Source: Takakia lepidozioides
Lineage: Eukaryota; Plantae; Bryophyta
DNA: 64,000 bases
Direction: 5' to 3'
NCBI GenBank assembly: GCA_030704615.1
Contig: CM060732.1
Location: forward strand, 24,800,001-24,864,000
This document shows positions 1-13,300 of this stretch, in pieces (within the stretch, counting starts at the first letter, position 1; the number at the start of each line of letters is the position of its first letter). Both the position numbers and the translations under genes were made by a program. The notes below the pieces were generated by a model that was given only the letters and a program-made list of their open reading frames with translations, was not told where the DNA came from and made no database searches.

Positions 1-10
1 AATTACACAG

Positions 11-3000
11 GCCGTGTCGAGTTTCATTACCTTTACTACCACAATCGATGTGAGAAAACCGAAAGTATGCTACTGCTCCTGGCTGTTCGTTGTGACGCTT
101 GTGGTTGTGTTCTGGTTCGTCTACAAAGCTTTAGGCTCTATTTTGCAACTGGCATATGACTTAGCTGTCGTCATTGTTGCTTTGCTTGGTTACTGAAGTG
201 CTAAGATCATTGAAGGTTGTAGTGGCCTTCTATCTGTTGCTTGCTGCGTGCCATGACAGTCAATCTCAGGACTATACAATTTTCCATGCTCTTATATTAG
301 AGATGCTCCTCCAGGTACTCTGTTATGCTGGTCTGTGTCTGGAACACATTTTCCAGTCAGGAGGATGGAATAGATAATGAGTATTCTTTTGTCATAGTCA
401 CAGGTCCAGAGTTAAAAACAGTTCCTACTTTTGTGGGGTCGGATGGCAGTAACTGAGGAGTTTTCTTGTCCGTTTTGCTTAGTGGGATGCTCTTCCTTCA
501 AGGTAACTTCCATGATACTTCAAAACTGGAGAACTCAGCTGAAATTACTGAAGAGAATGCATGGCATGCTTGATGTTCTAGCTAAGCATGTGTATTAGGA
601 ATGGTCCATGCTTGATAGATAGTGCCTTAAAAGTCCAAAGTGAAAGTCATCTATCTACTATTGCACTTAGGAAATTAAGGTCAAGCTATCAACCAAGATG
701 GTCTCACATTGATGTACGACAACTAAAATGCTCTACTTTACACATTGTCAGAACGGCTTGCTTAAATCCTAAGCTATAGACTTGGAACTTTGTTCTAACT
801 TTTCATTTGACATTACACTCTACAGTCCTCTTCTCTCCATTATTAATCAGCAGCTGGCAGGGTGAAGTGGGTAAAATTCAATTTTGCATTCCTGTCTTTA
901 TACATGACATCATTTCTGACTTCCTTAGGCAATAAATTTGTGCAGGGATTACGATGTCATCTCAACTGTACACATGACCTCTTTAACTTCGAGTATTCGG
1001 TGGGTCCTTTGTATAATCATTCCTGTTGGGAGGCTAATTATCAAGCATGAGAAGCATTGTCATTATATTATTTTAGAGCCTTTACAAACATTGGAAGATG
1101 GGAACTGCGGCTTGGCCTGGGGTCTATCGCCACAATAGGCTCTATTACTGCACCATGTTTGATACCAGGTTGCCGCATTTCTAGCACAGTCATATGCAGG
1201 GGCATTTCAAATCCAATTTTCTACCATGAGAGGTCTAGTGACACTTTCTTTGGAAGTTGCCATAGTAATGCCACATTTTTTAGACACCGACACCAAGCCT
1301 TCCTTAGGGCTGGCACATTTTGGTTTGGACAAGACAGGATTGGTGGATCTCTAATGCTCCATCGTGATGGGTCTGCGTCACGGGTCTGCGTCACTCTAGT
1401 GCATTTGGATACCTCATTCTGTTTGATGCAATAAAATTTAATGTGTGATGGTGCTTTGTTTGGTGACTCCTCAAACTGGCAGCCAACAGCAGATGTTCAA
1501 GTTGTGAATGTGACTTGTCGGACAGACTTGCTAGGGCCAGAGGTGAGGTTGCTCTTTGCTGGTTCAACCCATGTGGGAAGGGTGTTTAAATAACAAAAGG
1601 CATCAAACTACAAAGATACTGCCAGCCACCCTGGCTTTGAATGCGTCTCCAGTTCTTGTTCTATAGATGGCCTATGACTGTGTTAGTTCTCACTTCTAGG
1701 TCCCTGAGGATCACTGGTGGTAAGAATGGCGAGTTTTGTTACCATGATGTACAATACTTGCATGGCTGACCTTCAAGTCCCTGTACGATCTAGGTTGTGT
1801 GATTGGTGAGTGAGTGGTGCTAGTCATCCTTATTAATCCAGCTTCGTCTGACATCAGGGAAGCCTTCGGGATTTGGAGGCTGATTTACGGACCAGAAACT
1901 GGATGTTTTGGTGAGTACAAAAGGTCTCTAAATGTGGAAAGAAGGTTTTTATGTTTAGTACTAGCTTCTAGCCAGCAGGTACTGGTTTTTCACTCCTTCG
2001 CAGCTGCTGGGGAAGAGTGGTTGGTGTATGACTTCACTTGTCTGCTTTGCTGGGTCTCATAAAACAGCTAGTAGTTATGCATCCACTTGATGGCGCTATT
2101 TATTCATGCCCCCCTTTCTGTTGTGTGTGGAGCAGGTCACGAAGTGGTCCTATTCAGAAGAGGGGTGCAGCCCTTAGTGGTAGGTCTAAACTGCTTCCAC
2201 CCCGGGGAGAGGGAGGTTATATACCAGGCCGCATTGGTGGAGACGTTTTTAATGAGAACTTCACCTCTGGGGCCTGGTCAGACCCACTGGTTCCAGGCGA
2301 TCGGAATGCTTTATTCAATCGGTTACCATCAAACGGTTACCTACAGAAGCTGCAAAAACCGAGGGGGAGAGGTGAGAAAACAAAGGAGAGGGAGGATCCT
2401 GGACTGGTCACAGATGCTGATATTGTGTTGCCAGCATTCAAGCGGCCACGAATTGAAGGTCGTATGGGGGAGAGTAGTCTGGCCCATGCCCATGAGGATG
2501 ATGGCTCGCTAAGTGGTGGTTGTGCGGCTGCTGCTGCTGCTCCATTGGAGGAGTGTGGTCTTCCCCTTATATCCATGACACCTGTGCGTCCTCGTGCGGA
2601 GAAAAATCGTCAGGCAGCTGCAGATCGAGACGCTCGCAAGTACGTAATGTACTTGAACATTTTCCGTTTCTGTACCTTTGCATCTGTTGCACCATGCATC
2701 AAATCAGGAAAACAATGAGATTTATTTGTTTCTTTATTAATAGCTGAATTTGACCACTACGACAAATGTGGATAGTGAATTTGAAGTATGCAATTTTGGA
2801 GTTACTTGATTTATTATGAGACGGCCGTATTGAATTATGGGGCTTGGTGATGACACTGCTTGGTCTTTGAAACATCTGGTGCAGCCGGCTTCTGCTGCAG
2901 AAACGGACCTTCTTTCACTCTCACACTGCACAGGTACTCTTCTGCCTAACTTGCTTAGAGGTGCGGCAACACCCTGATTCATAGTAAAATGCCTTAGTTG

Positions 3001-5480
3001 CGCTCCTTGCCAATGAGGGAAATTGATCAATGTGCTAACTTCTGATGCATTCTGTTAATCTGAATGGCAATGCAGCCTATGGCACCCGAACAGTTGTTAT
3101 CAGACAGAGACAGCGAGGATGAGCTGGACGAAGTCATTGCAGTTTTGGAAGATCGCAGGGTAGGCCATTACTTCTATTCTGTCCTCTACATAGTGTGCCA
3201 AAAAGATCCTGGAGCATTGCTGCCAGGCATGTTAGATATTTCTTATAGATTTCTGGGGAACTTCTCAAACTGCCTAGTAGTCTGTCACTCTCCTAGTAGT
3301 CTTTCTACCATTCATACCTTAAGGATCTTAAGGATGATCTGAAGGGCCTACCTACCCTCGGCAGGAGCCTACCTTTGAACAATAAACAGATGCAGAGAGG
3401 AAGAGGAGATTGTAATTGCCGGATGTGCGGGCAACCTGAAGACAATACCCATTTTCTGATACATTGTCCGGGGTGTTTTCACCAGAGAGTGACCCTCTTA
3501 GGGAACATTAAGAACATGGTTCCTGCACCTCTGTTCACCAACTTCGAAAATTTCGTGGCTGAGCCTAAAGCCCCGGCCGTGTTGGGGTCTAACTTTTGGG
3601 GTGCTCACACACAGCAGATTGATGCTTGTTCTAGAGGATTCTGGAAAGCCTGAACTAATTGTTTATATCAAGGTAAGTCACACTACTGGACTGAGCCCCT
3701 CAAAAAGGTAGTGCATATGCCCTATGTTTCCATCCAAACTGGGCGCGGGGTCTATAGCCACAAGGCTACGGCAAACAAAGTCTTATGAGTACATTCTAGC
3801 AGTCATAAGCTGCAGGCTGCTGGTGAGGGTGATTTTATGGATGATAGTAAGGAGATCATGTCTGCTTGTGTTATTTGCTTGGTTTCACTGTATGGTGGCC
3901 GTACACGTTAGATGCACGCAGCGATGTATGTGTAGGTGAGGCTTTGTGCATGGGGTTGCAGATGTTGGATGATTTTGTGGATGTTACCAAAGATGAGAAG
4001 GAGGTGATGCATCTCTGGAACTCATTTGTGCGAAAGCAACGGTATCTTTCTTCTCCTATAAGTTTCTGCCTTCTGCTGGTCATGATCTGATTGCATGTTG
4101 AAGACAGCAGCTCAGTGGTGCAATCCTTTTATTAAACCATGGCCTGCCTAAGATGTACCATACATACTGTCAAGGATATGCACTCGCGTGATTCTGCCTT
4201 GTGAGCTGAGATGTAATGTGTATTTTCCCTGCTAGCCACTAGGTTGTGCTCAAATTCCTAATTTGTTTGATAAACCTCTTTGCCACCCTTGAATAATTGC
4301 ACTAGATTGGCCTAAAGTGAGCTGGTTAATAAATTGGGTACGAGCAACTTGATGGTTAGAAGTGTATGCTGTTAGAAGTAAACAGTAGCTCAACAGAGTT
4401 GTTATATGTATCCTGCCATTATCATCTGGCTCCAACCAGATATTTGGGTGGGAGGGTGGACAAGCCTGAGGTGTTGCTATTCTTGTGGCAGGGTTCTTGC
4501 GGATGGCCATTGCCCATGGGCTTGCGAGGCATTCTCAAGGGTACACTCAAAGCGATTTTCAAGCAGTCCGTCCTTACGAAGGTGGTTTCTTCTTACTCTG
4601 GATTGAGAGTCATGCTACACTCCATGAAAATGAGATACATTCTCAAGCTTGCCTGCTTTTGTGAAGTGTGGCCAGTATGAACTTGACTCAATGTTGCTCT
4701 TCAGACTAAATGGAAGAGCTGTTACGCGGAGGATCCTAGATCATTTAGATCCAGTTCCTGAGAATTTAATACATCATACACCTGAACCATGTTCAGCCCT
4801 TTCAACATGGATTTTATTTCATTTCCCAAACCACGGTACCATAGAAACCAGATTTTGAAGTATTATATTGTCCAGTGTCAAGTGAAGTCATAGCATAGCA
4901 TTCACGTTTTAAGAATATAGAAACCTTCCATGCATAGTTTCCGTTTGAATAAGAATAAGCTCATGGCTGTTGAGAAAGTTCGTAAACTAACAAGATAAAC
5001 GGTCTCAGCACAGCCTTATATCTTATGTATCGCATAAGGTTGAAGTCTCGTATAGGGATGGAAGCTTGGGCCACCATAATACTACTGAAATCACATCATA
5101 CATTTCATATCATGGCTGGTCCAAAATGCTGTGTATATGTAATATGACCAGAAAGTACTAGATGATCAATTGTGTCCAAGCTTCGAAGAGAATTCACATG
5201 CCTAAGGAGGGAGGAAGCCTTCCATACTTCTCCACCTGTAATCTAAGACAATTGAATCTCTTGAAACCTGTCATAGCAACAGACTATCCCATTACATATC
5301 CGTCTGCGTTTAGTGGGTAGGGATTAACGCTGGTGATGTTGGATTGTTTTGTAATGCTACAGATCTTTGATGTTATTCCTGATCAAGCTGTGGAATCATC
5401 ATCTGGTTGAAGGGGCTACAATTGATAAATGCCTCACCATTGTGGACTCGTATGTGCAACCTAGTGATGTGCTCCAGTAG
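11..5480 (+). CDS. EMF2: Polycomb PRC2 subunit Su(z)12 homolog (EMF2/VRN2/FIS2 family), multi-exon, 5' part outside the window
   Basis: Spliced GT-AG exons give RVEFHYLYYHNRCEKTE (11-64), TEEFSCPFCLVGCSSFK (~450-501) and GLRCHLNCTHDLFNFEYS (~946-999), which form the C2H2 finger. VEFS-box exons follow: RLLLQKRTFFHSHTAQ, PMAPEQLLSDRDSEDELDEVIAVLEDRR, MLDDFVDVTKDEKEVMHLWNSFVRKQR, VLADGHCPWACEAFS and SLMLFLIKLWNHHLVEGATIDKCL...VLQ* (stop 5478-5480). Confidence 0.93.
3345..3790 (+). mobile_element. 3' fragment of a non-LTR retrotransposon (LINE) in an EMF2 intron
   Basis: ORF 3375-3653 contains CRMCGQPEDNTHFLIHCPGCFHQR, the C-terminal CxxC..EDxxHFLxxCP motif of LINE ORF2. The tail caaactgggcgc...cacaaggctacggcaaacaa...tatgagta recurs at 21775-21832. 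Confidence 0.65.
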
Positions 5481-7303
5481 ATGTCAAGGATCTCTTCAAT
5501 GTCAAAGATATCTGCTCTCTCCTTCTGTCCCCTTCTGTGAATCCAGATGGTGGACGCGGTATCATATCCTTTAAATCAACGTTCCTTCCCCTTGATCATC
5601 ATTGGCTGTGTGCCCTTGCTATGGCAATTTTGGTCAGAGTTCCATACCCCGGGGTGAACACCCCATGGCTGGCTCCCAGAGGATTGGTATCCTGCCAGGT
5701 TTTGGCACAGCCAGTGGTGACAGGAAATGGTCAAATGAGCACATCTTGTGTGTTTCCCCCACCCCTTTCCAAAAGATACATTTACTAGCATCAGCTTTTC
5801 AAGAATTTTATTCCGCACTCCGCGCCCGAAAATTGGGTATGGAGGTCAGACTGGAGCCCAAAACTCATCCGTTTTTTGCTTAATTACAGGTGAGGTTCAT
5901 TTACAAATTGATATAGGCTTCAAGGATTTTGCAGCCAAAAAGATGGGAGGGGGGTTTACATGGGGTTGCTTTCTTTATCTGGACCCTAAGGAATAGCATG
6001 GGAAACTTGAGTATGGTATAACAAGTGCTGACAGTTAGAATTTCAGTTTTAGAGGAAAATTTGAGTAGTCATTATTTGGAGTTGGAAATCCATGACATTC
6101 TTTCAGGACTGTGGTCTGATAATAAAGTCACTGTACATTGCCCATGGCTCCTGTAAACACCTGGTTTTGCTCTTCTGCACAGTCGGGTTGTCAGGCCATG
6201 TAGATAAATTTGACTATTGTTCTTCTGAAAGTTTTGATATTCCCTGGAACATTTGACAGCAAATGATCAAGACATGCTGGAGGTGTGCAATGTGTGCTGT
6301 GCATCTCTGTTTCTGTTGTATCAATTGTATCACATGTTGCAGCCTGAGTGTTTTGTCCAAGATGAAGGCTATCCACATGAACAGGCAATCCCCAATGAGT
6401 TTGTTACAAACATTGAGCATAGACACCAGTCTGGTCGCTAGCTGAATGAGACAAAAACACAGTCTCTCAGCAGCATAAGAATGAGCAGGATGACAACAAG
6501 CACCGCAATTGGAAAGAGAGAACTTTGGAACAAGAGAAACCTGGAAAACAAGATTGACAAGAGAAGGTGATGCTGATGATTGTTAAGCCCTTGGCAAGTT
6601 ACTCATGTTAACAAAATCTCCCTGACACGTGGCTTCAACTGGGTCACAAGCAACCTACACGTGGGTTTCGTCTACCGGACACGCCGGTGATTGCCCTTTA
6701 ATGTGTGACTACTCGTCGTGATTGCCTTCGCCGACCCTTACCTTCTCTCTTCTGCTCCCTCCCCCGTGTCTTTTTCCTCACGCTTGTTTTTTGGAGAGCT
6801 ACACTGGATCTATGGTAGTCCTTTAGGGGGCTGTGGGCAGTGAGAAGTGTAGTTAGGAGCTGAGCAGCTCGTCGCTGTTTCGATTTGAAATTGGGTTTTT
6901 CTTCTGTTGGATTTGAGTTTGTCGTCGTGCTCTGGTTGTGTCTATTTGTGTTGGGTTTCACTTGTTTTCGAGACCCATGGTGGGTCTGCCGGGATCGCTG
7001 TGGACACGTAACAGAAACAGGGTTTGACCCAGCTCTTCGTTTGTGTTCTGGACTGCTATAGTTACACTCTGGGTGGCTGTCTGTTTCTCTGCACGTCTCA
7101 TTAGTAAGAATTGAATCGGTGGAATTTGTCTTGTCCCGTGCTCTGCGGTGCACTATACGAAAGAAAGGACGAGTTTTTGCTTAGCATGTTGGGAGAGACC
7201 TCGGTAAGGTCTTGTGCATGTATTGGCACTGTTTTGTGCATTAGTGATTAATCAGCCCTCTTAGTGCTGAGAACCCTAATTCGGAAGGGCTAGGAGAGCG
7301 AAG

Positions 7304-10300
7304 ATGGTGGCCATGGATCTGTTCCGGTCGGAGGAGATGAGCTTGGTGCAGCTGATCATCCCAGCCGAATCCGGCCATGACACCGTCAGCTACTTGGGGG
7401 AGGTTGGCCTTCTTCAGTTCAAAGATGTGAGTACCGAATGTGTTTGTGAATTCATCTAGGAGTAGTGTGGAGCTGCGAGAGGAAGAGAACACGAGGTTTG
7501 TCTGTCTCTGAATTTTATTTTTACATATACAGCATTTACTGAACCAGGCAATGGCGTGGGGCAAGACTAATGTTCAACAGAGCTTCGTCAGTGACTACCA
7601 GTTCTCAAGAATTTAATTTTATGATTGATCTATCTTAAATGACAAGATCAGAGAGTTCTCCCTGCTAGTCATATCCACCAGATATGTGGGATGTAAGAAA
7701 CACAACTAGCAGTTTTACTTCCCACGTTTCTTAGGGGAATTTTATCTTTTCTCTCCCTTTACAGCCACCTACATGCTTGTGGGAAACCCAGATGCGAGCT
7801 GCAAATGCTGTTGATTACATATGTGGAATTCAAATACAGGAAAGGCTCGACCATGGATTTCTCACTTGGTGGAATACAGTCAACTTTGACTGTGGCATGC
7901 TCTTTTGGATTGGGCATTAGCTGTGTGGAAGCATGATATTCAGGGCTTTTACACTCTGGTGGGATGCTGGTGATAGAAAGGATTATTCATCGGAAACTAC
8001 ACCAAGTTATACTTAAGTAGGTCATTGCTACAAGTACCTCTGTGAACGCCTCAATGGCAGTTGCGGGAAAATAAGCTTACACCCGCCACTGATTTGCGGA
8101 GATAAGCTAGACCCAGGTGGTGCAAACCCCACGAGACTCCGGGAGGGTTAGTTTCCGGGGTTGATGATCAGATGGCTATGGCAAGCCAACGTTGGCAGGG
8201 AACGGTTCTCTGTGTCTCTCTCATGCAACTTAGATTGGTCAGATTGGGAAATGACATTGCTGAGGTGTGTGGTTTCCTGATGGCAGCTTAATCCAGACAA
8301 GAGTCCATTTCAGCGAACTTATGCTAACCAGGTATTTCTTCATACCCTTTCATGAAATTCTGGACTCCAAGGTGCAGTATTCCAGTCAGGCAGCCTGCAG
8401 GTCCTGGGGATCTCTGTGCTGTGTCATTGGGATTTGGGTAACATCTGGAATTGCTGGCAGCAAACATCTTCGCACAACTTGCAAGATCCCAGGGTTATTA
8501 GTGATGATTCATAGATTTTGCAGTTTGCTTGAGTTTGTAATTTAACAATGGTGTGTTTGCAGGTGAAGCGATGTGGAGAGATGTTGAGAAAATCGCACTA
8601 TTTTCGGGACCAAATGGCTAAAGCTGGTATGGCGCCTGCATCAAGGCCAATTCTAGAGAAGGAGATTGACCTTGATGAGCTAGAGGTAATTCAGCTGGGC
8701 AAATCGATTGCTGTGAGGGCAATTGCACTTGTACTTGATTCTGCTCGGTCAAAGATGTAATTGAATGCAGTCAGGGACTGGAAGCAAGAGGAATCAAAAC
8801 GTGACAAAATAATTTTCTGTGGAAGGATTACTTGATGTCCTTGTTTCCAAGGTTCATTATGGAATGAAGTCGTAATGTATGGGCTTTTCTGGATTACAGG
8901 GTAAGTTGACAGAGCTGGAAACTGAGCTTCTAGAGATTAATGCGAATGTCGAAAAACTGCAGCGAACTCACAGTGAACTGACAGAGCTACATTTGGTACT
9001 AAAAAAGGTAACTACCTGGAATTGTAGTCTTTAAGTTAGCCCTTGCAAGGTGTTACCCCATGCCTGTTATGCCAGTGTGGGTTCCACATTGTATTGTGTA
9101 GAACATTGTCCAGAATTCGTTGTAGCCTTGCCTACATTTGGCAGTCACAAGCTGATTGATTGCATGTGCTACTTTCTGTGTATTAGGCAGGTGCCTTTTT
9201 CAGTTCGGCCCGGAATGTAGCCAATGTGCATCAGCGGAGGGTGGAACTGGAAGATTCCTCAGTGGAGGAAGCGATTGACCAGCCCCTCCTCCTTGAGCAG
9301 GTGCAGTATGGTCTCTTTGTTCCTTCACGCTTAATCACTTTTGTCATATCCACTGCAGCCAAGGACGACGGATTTCTCACTCGGCAGAGCATCTGCTCAG
9401 ACTTTCTAGTGTCAGTATTGGATGTCTGCTTAAGGTATTCTACCCCCAGTTTGCAGAGGGGATGGCGCCTGGGAATGGACGATAGCAAACCCTTCTCCAT
9501 AATCAGACATACCGTTGAAACTGTTGGAGGGAATACTGGGTGCTATCCTTATGATCATGCCCTTTCACCAGACGTGTGGGTTGCTCTTCCCCTTTCTCCC
9601 ATCTGGGTCAATGTCTGTGCTGCACACTTTACTGTAGTGGGCCTTGAGTGAGAAGGACCCTTCAAATTATTGGAGGCTGTCAAGTATCACAGAGTATTTG
9701 TGCAGGGCTTCAGCTTCTACACTAACGCCCGCCATCTCCTCCATGGCTTTGCATTCACAGGAGGCCAACAGACACAGAGATTTAAAAAATGCACTCATAA
9801 GACGATGTTTGCCGCAGCCAGGGAGAGATTTATAGAAGAGACAGAGATTGTACTTCTGGAGACCAAAAATGACCCGAGGGACACCAGTAGAGCAGCAAAG
9901 ACCACAGCACAAATTTAAAGCCAGAAAAACCTCAGAGAATGAGACTGCTAGGATGCGCTTTGAGACCTCATCCTCGTGGGATCCTTACCCTCTCAGAGCC
10001 TTCGGGGTGTATGACTAAACTCAAAGTTGCCATAGTGATCTCTTATGGCCAACACGATCCAGTTCTAGGAAGCACTGGCATTGATCTCATACCCTTCAAT
10101 TTAAAGATGAAGGGAGATGGGCAGGGTCTAATCGAGGTTAGGTTGTTGCAGGAGATGCAGACAGAGCCCTCCAAGCAAGTGAGGCTGGGCTTTATAACAG
10201 GTGTGGTGCCCGTGGCGAAAGCTGCACCTTTTGAGCGGATCCTCTTTCGTGCTACCCGGGGTAATATGTTTCTCAAGCAGGCAAATATTGAGCAGCCTGT

Positions 10301-13300
10301 TCTTGATCCTGCAACTGGTGAAAAGGTTGGCTATTTTCCTTTTTCTCTGATTAATTCACTCCATACAAAAATGGATAAAAATCAACAAGCCGCATCTTTT
10401 TTGGTGACTCCTAGCTGGTCGCTAGGTGGAGGTCCTGCAGGAGGTTCAGCAAATGACCTCTCTCTCTATGAGTAACTCGGGAATGTATCTTGTTGATGCA
10501 GGTTGAGAAACTTGTCTTTGTTGTATTTTTTGCTGGAGAGCGGGCACGGACAAAGATCGTGAAGATATGTGAGGCTTTTGGAGCCAACCGCTACCCCTTT
10601 CCCGAGGATCCCAACCGGCAGTGGCAGATGAAGGCTGAGGTATGGCTTCTGTGCCAAATGGTTTCTATGCAGCACTCTGATGGCAGTTTGTTGTCCTGAA
10701 GTGAAAGTGGCTTGGTCAGCTTTAAGATCAAATGGGTCAATGTCACAGGTGGAGGCAAGGTTGGCAGAGCTCCAAACGACACTGGATGCTAGTACTCACC
10801 ACCGTGATCAGTTGCTCAACACCATTGGCTACAACCTGGAGCAGTGGACTGTCATGGTACTCCTCATTCGTGGTGTTTTCCATGAGTGACATGATTGTTG
10901 GAATCTTACAAAGTTAGAGTTGCTGAGTCTGCCATCAAGTTACACAGACAAAGTCATCTGGTGATCTACTCAGGCTGCAAAGATCTGTTACTGTAATTGT
11001 GTCTCAGAATTTCGGTCTTGTGGCAGGTGAGGAGAGAACAGGCAGTTTATCACAATCTGAACATGTTGAGTATTGATGTGACTCGCAAGTGCCTAGTTGC
11101 TGAGGCGTGGTGTCCAGTTGCCGCCAAGGCCAAGGTGCTTTTCGAATATCTTTTTCTTTCGTCCCTATGGGTGTGTTCCCTCCGGATGCGGATCCGCAGC
11201 TTCGTAATGCCTCAGTGTCCATGGCATCTGAAGTGATTCGTGTAGTTGGTAGCGTATTAGCCGTTTTTGTTATCTTCATTCATTTCTCTGCTTCTAGTTG
11301 GGAATTGTCCTCACAAAATAGTGTGATTCACTAGTCCAATAGTTACTAAGGTCTTGACTAGATTGCACACTGTAATGCATGTTAATGTGTGTGACCAATG
11401 GTAAGAACCTACATCGGCTGATGGGCTAGTGATGCACATGTGGGTTTAATTAGAGAGGATGAGGTTATCTTGGGAGTGCTCCTAACCTAAGGCATTATGG
11501 TCTTGTGGGAGAGTGCAGATACAAGATGCTCTAAAGAGGGCTGCATATGACAGCAACTCGCAGGTCAACACCATCTTCCAGGTTCTTCGAACAAAGGAGT
11601 CTCCCCCCACGTTTTATGAAACCAACAAGTTCACCGGGGCCTTCCAAGAGATCATCGACGCGTATGGGTGAGGACCTTTACTGTGAATAGTTAATGTGTA
11701 AATCACAGCTGCTTTTGAATGTTACTCTCTTGGGAACTCAATTCACAACAAGATTGTCTCCAGTGAATCCAGGTTGTTGCTGGGAATTGGAACATTGCTA
11801 CTATTATTGAAAATGAAGGCACGGAGAACAGGCTTTAGTCTACTGTGCTAACCTACATAGCTAAAGTAGGCTCCTCTTTTCCCTGCTATGATTCATTCTA
11901 GTGACTCATCCAGAACTGATCTGACCAGGGCTGCTAGTTATGCTCTAGGGTTGACTGCAAGCCAGTGCATGCTCAAGTGCACAAGTAACAAAGAGGATGA
12001 GGAAGGACTCTCTTTGTCCCTCTGGTATGTTCAGGGCTGATTGGAGGAGATGTTGTTTGGCATGCAGGGTGGCCCGGTACCAGGAGGTGAATGCAGGCTG
12101 TTTTACCATAGTAACTTTCCCCTTCCTGTTTGCGGTTATGTTTGGAGACTGGGGCCATGGGATCGCACTGCTGCTGGGGGCCCTATATCTCATCATCAAT
12201 GAAAGGAAATTCATGAACAAGGTGTGGAAAGCTAACCGTTCATTTACCTTCACATGCCCTCACCCTGGGTTTGAATGTTTGGGGTTTTCTATCATTGAGA
12301 GTGTGTCAGGGATGTTGATGACCAAGTTGCTGAACTATTCTTGATCAATGTTTTGGATGATTGGCTGGTGTAACTGGCCCTCCTATCCACTTTTCTTGTC
12401 TTAGCTCTTCATCAGGATGTATGGTTGTTCTGGTCTCTACATCTGTGAGCTGTGAGCTGTGCAGGCTTAGTTGTTGATCATTGAAGGGAACTGTGGTGGT
12501 GTGTATCCAGAAATTGGGCGACATCATGGAGATGGCATTTGCAGGGCGATACGTCATTCTTTTAATGGCTATCTTCTCTATGTACACGGGTTTAATTTAC
12601 AACGAATTTTTCTCGGTGCCGTTCCATATATTTGGGAGTTCAGCTTATAGATGTAGGGACCCTGCTTGCAGGTAAGGGCAGTTTCTCTGTTCGAAATGAC
12701 CTAATTAAACATCGTATGCATCAGTTTGTCTTCCAATTGCTTGTCCTGATTTATTCAGTTCTGGAAGTAGCCTGTAGGAATTGCCTTGGTTGTCTCTTTT
12801 CTAGGACATTTGTAAAGCTAGATTGGAATTGTCTAATGTTCAGAAGATCTTTGAAGATGGATTGTGAATCCAATAGGAAGTAAGGAACTCGCTACACCTG
12901 GGAGAGATCATAGATGCCCACGAGATATTTAGGTGGCAAGAATTCTCACCTGAATTCTCGTTTAGGAGGAAACTCTGACATTTGCAAAATAATTGTAGTG
13001 AGAGTGCATCTAGATTTTACCCTTGACAACTTATATTGCTATTATGTGGTCTGCAGCAATGCTACTACGGTTGGATTGGAAAAAGTTTCCTATTACCCAT
13101 ACCCATTTGGAGTTGATCCTGAATGGCATGGATCGCGGTCAGAGCTTCCCTACCTCAATTCAGTGAAAATGAAAATGTCAATTTTGCTGGGAATTTTACA
13201 AATGAACCTGGGTATCATACTCAGCTACTTTAATGCCAGTTTTTTCGGCAACAGGCTTGATATCTGGTAAGCAATTTTTCTCTTGCTATGAGACTGTGGA

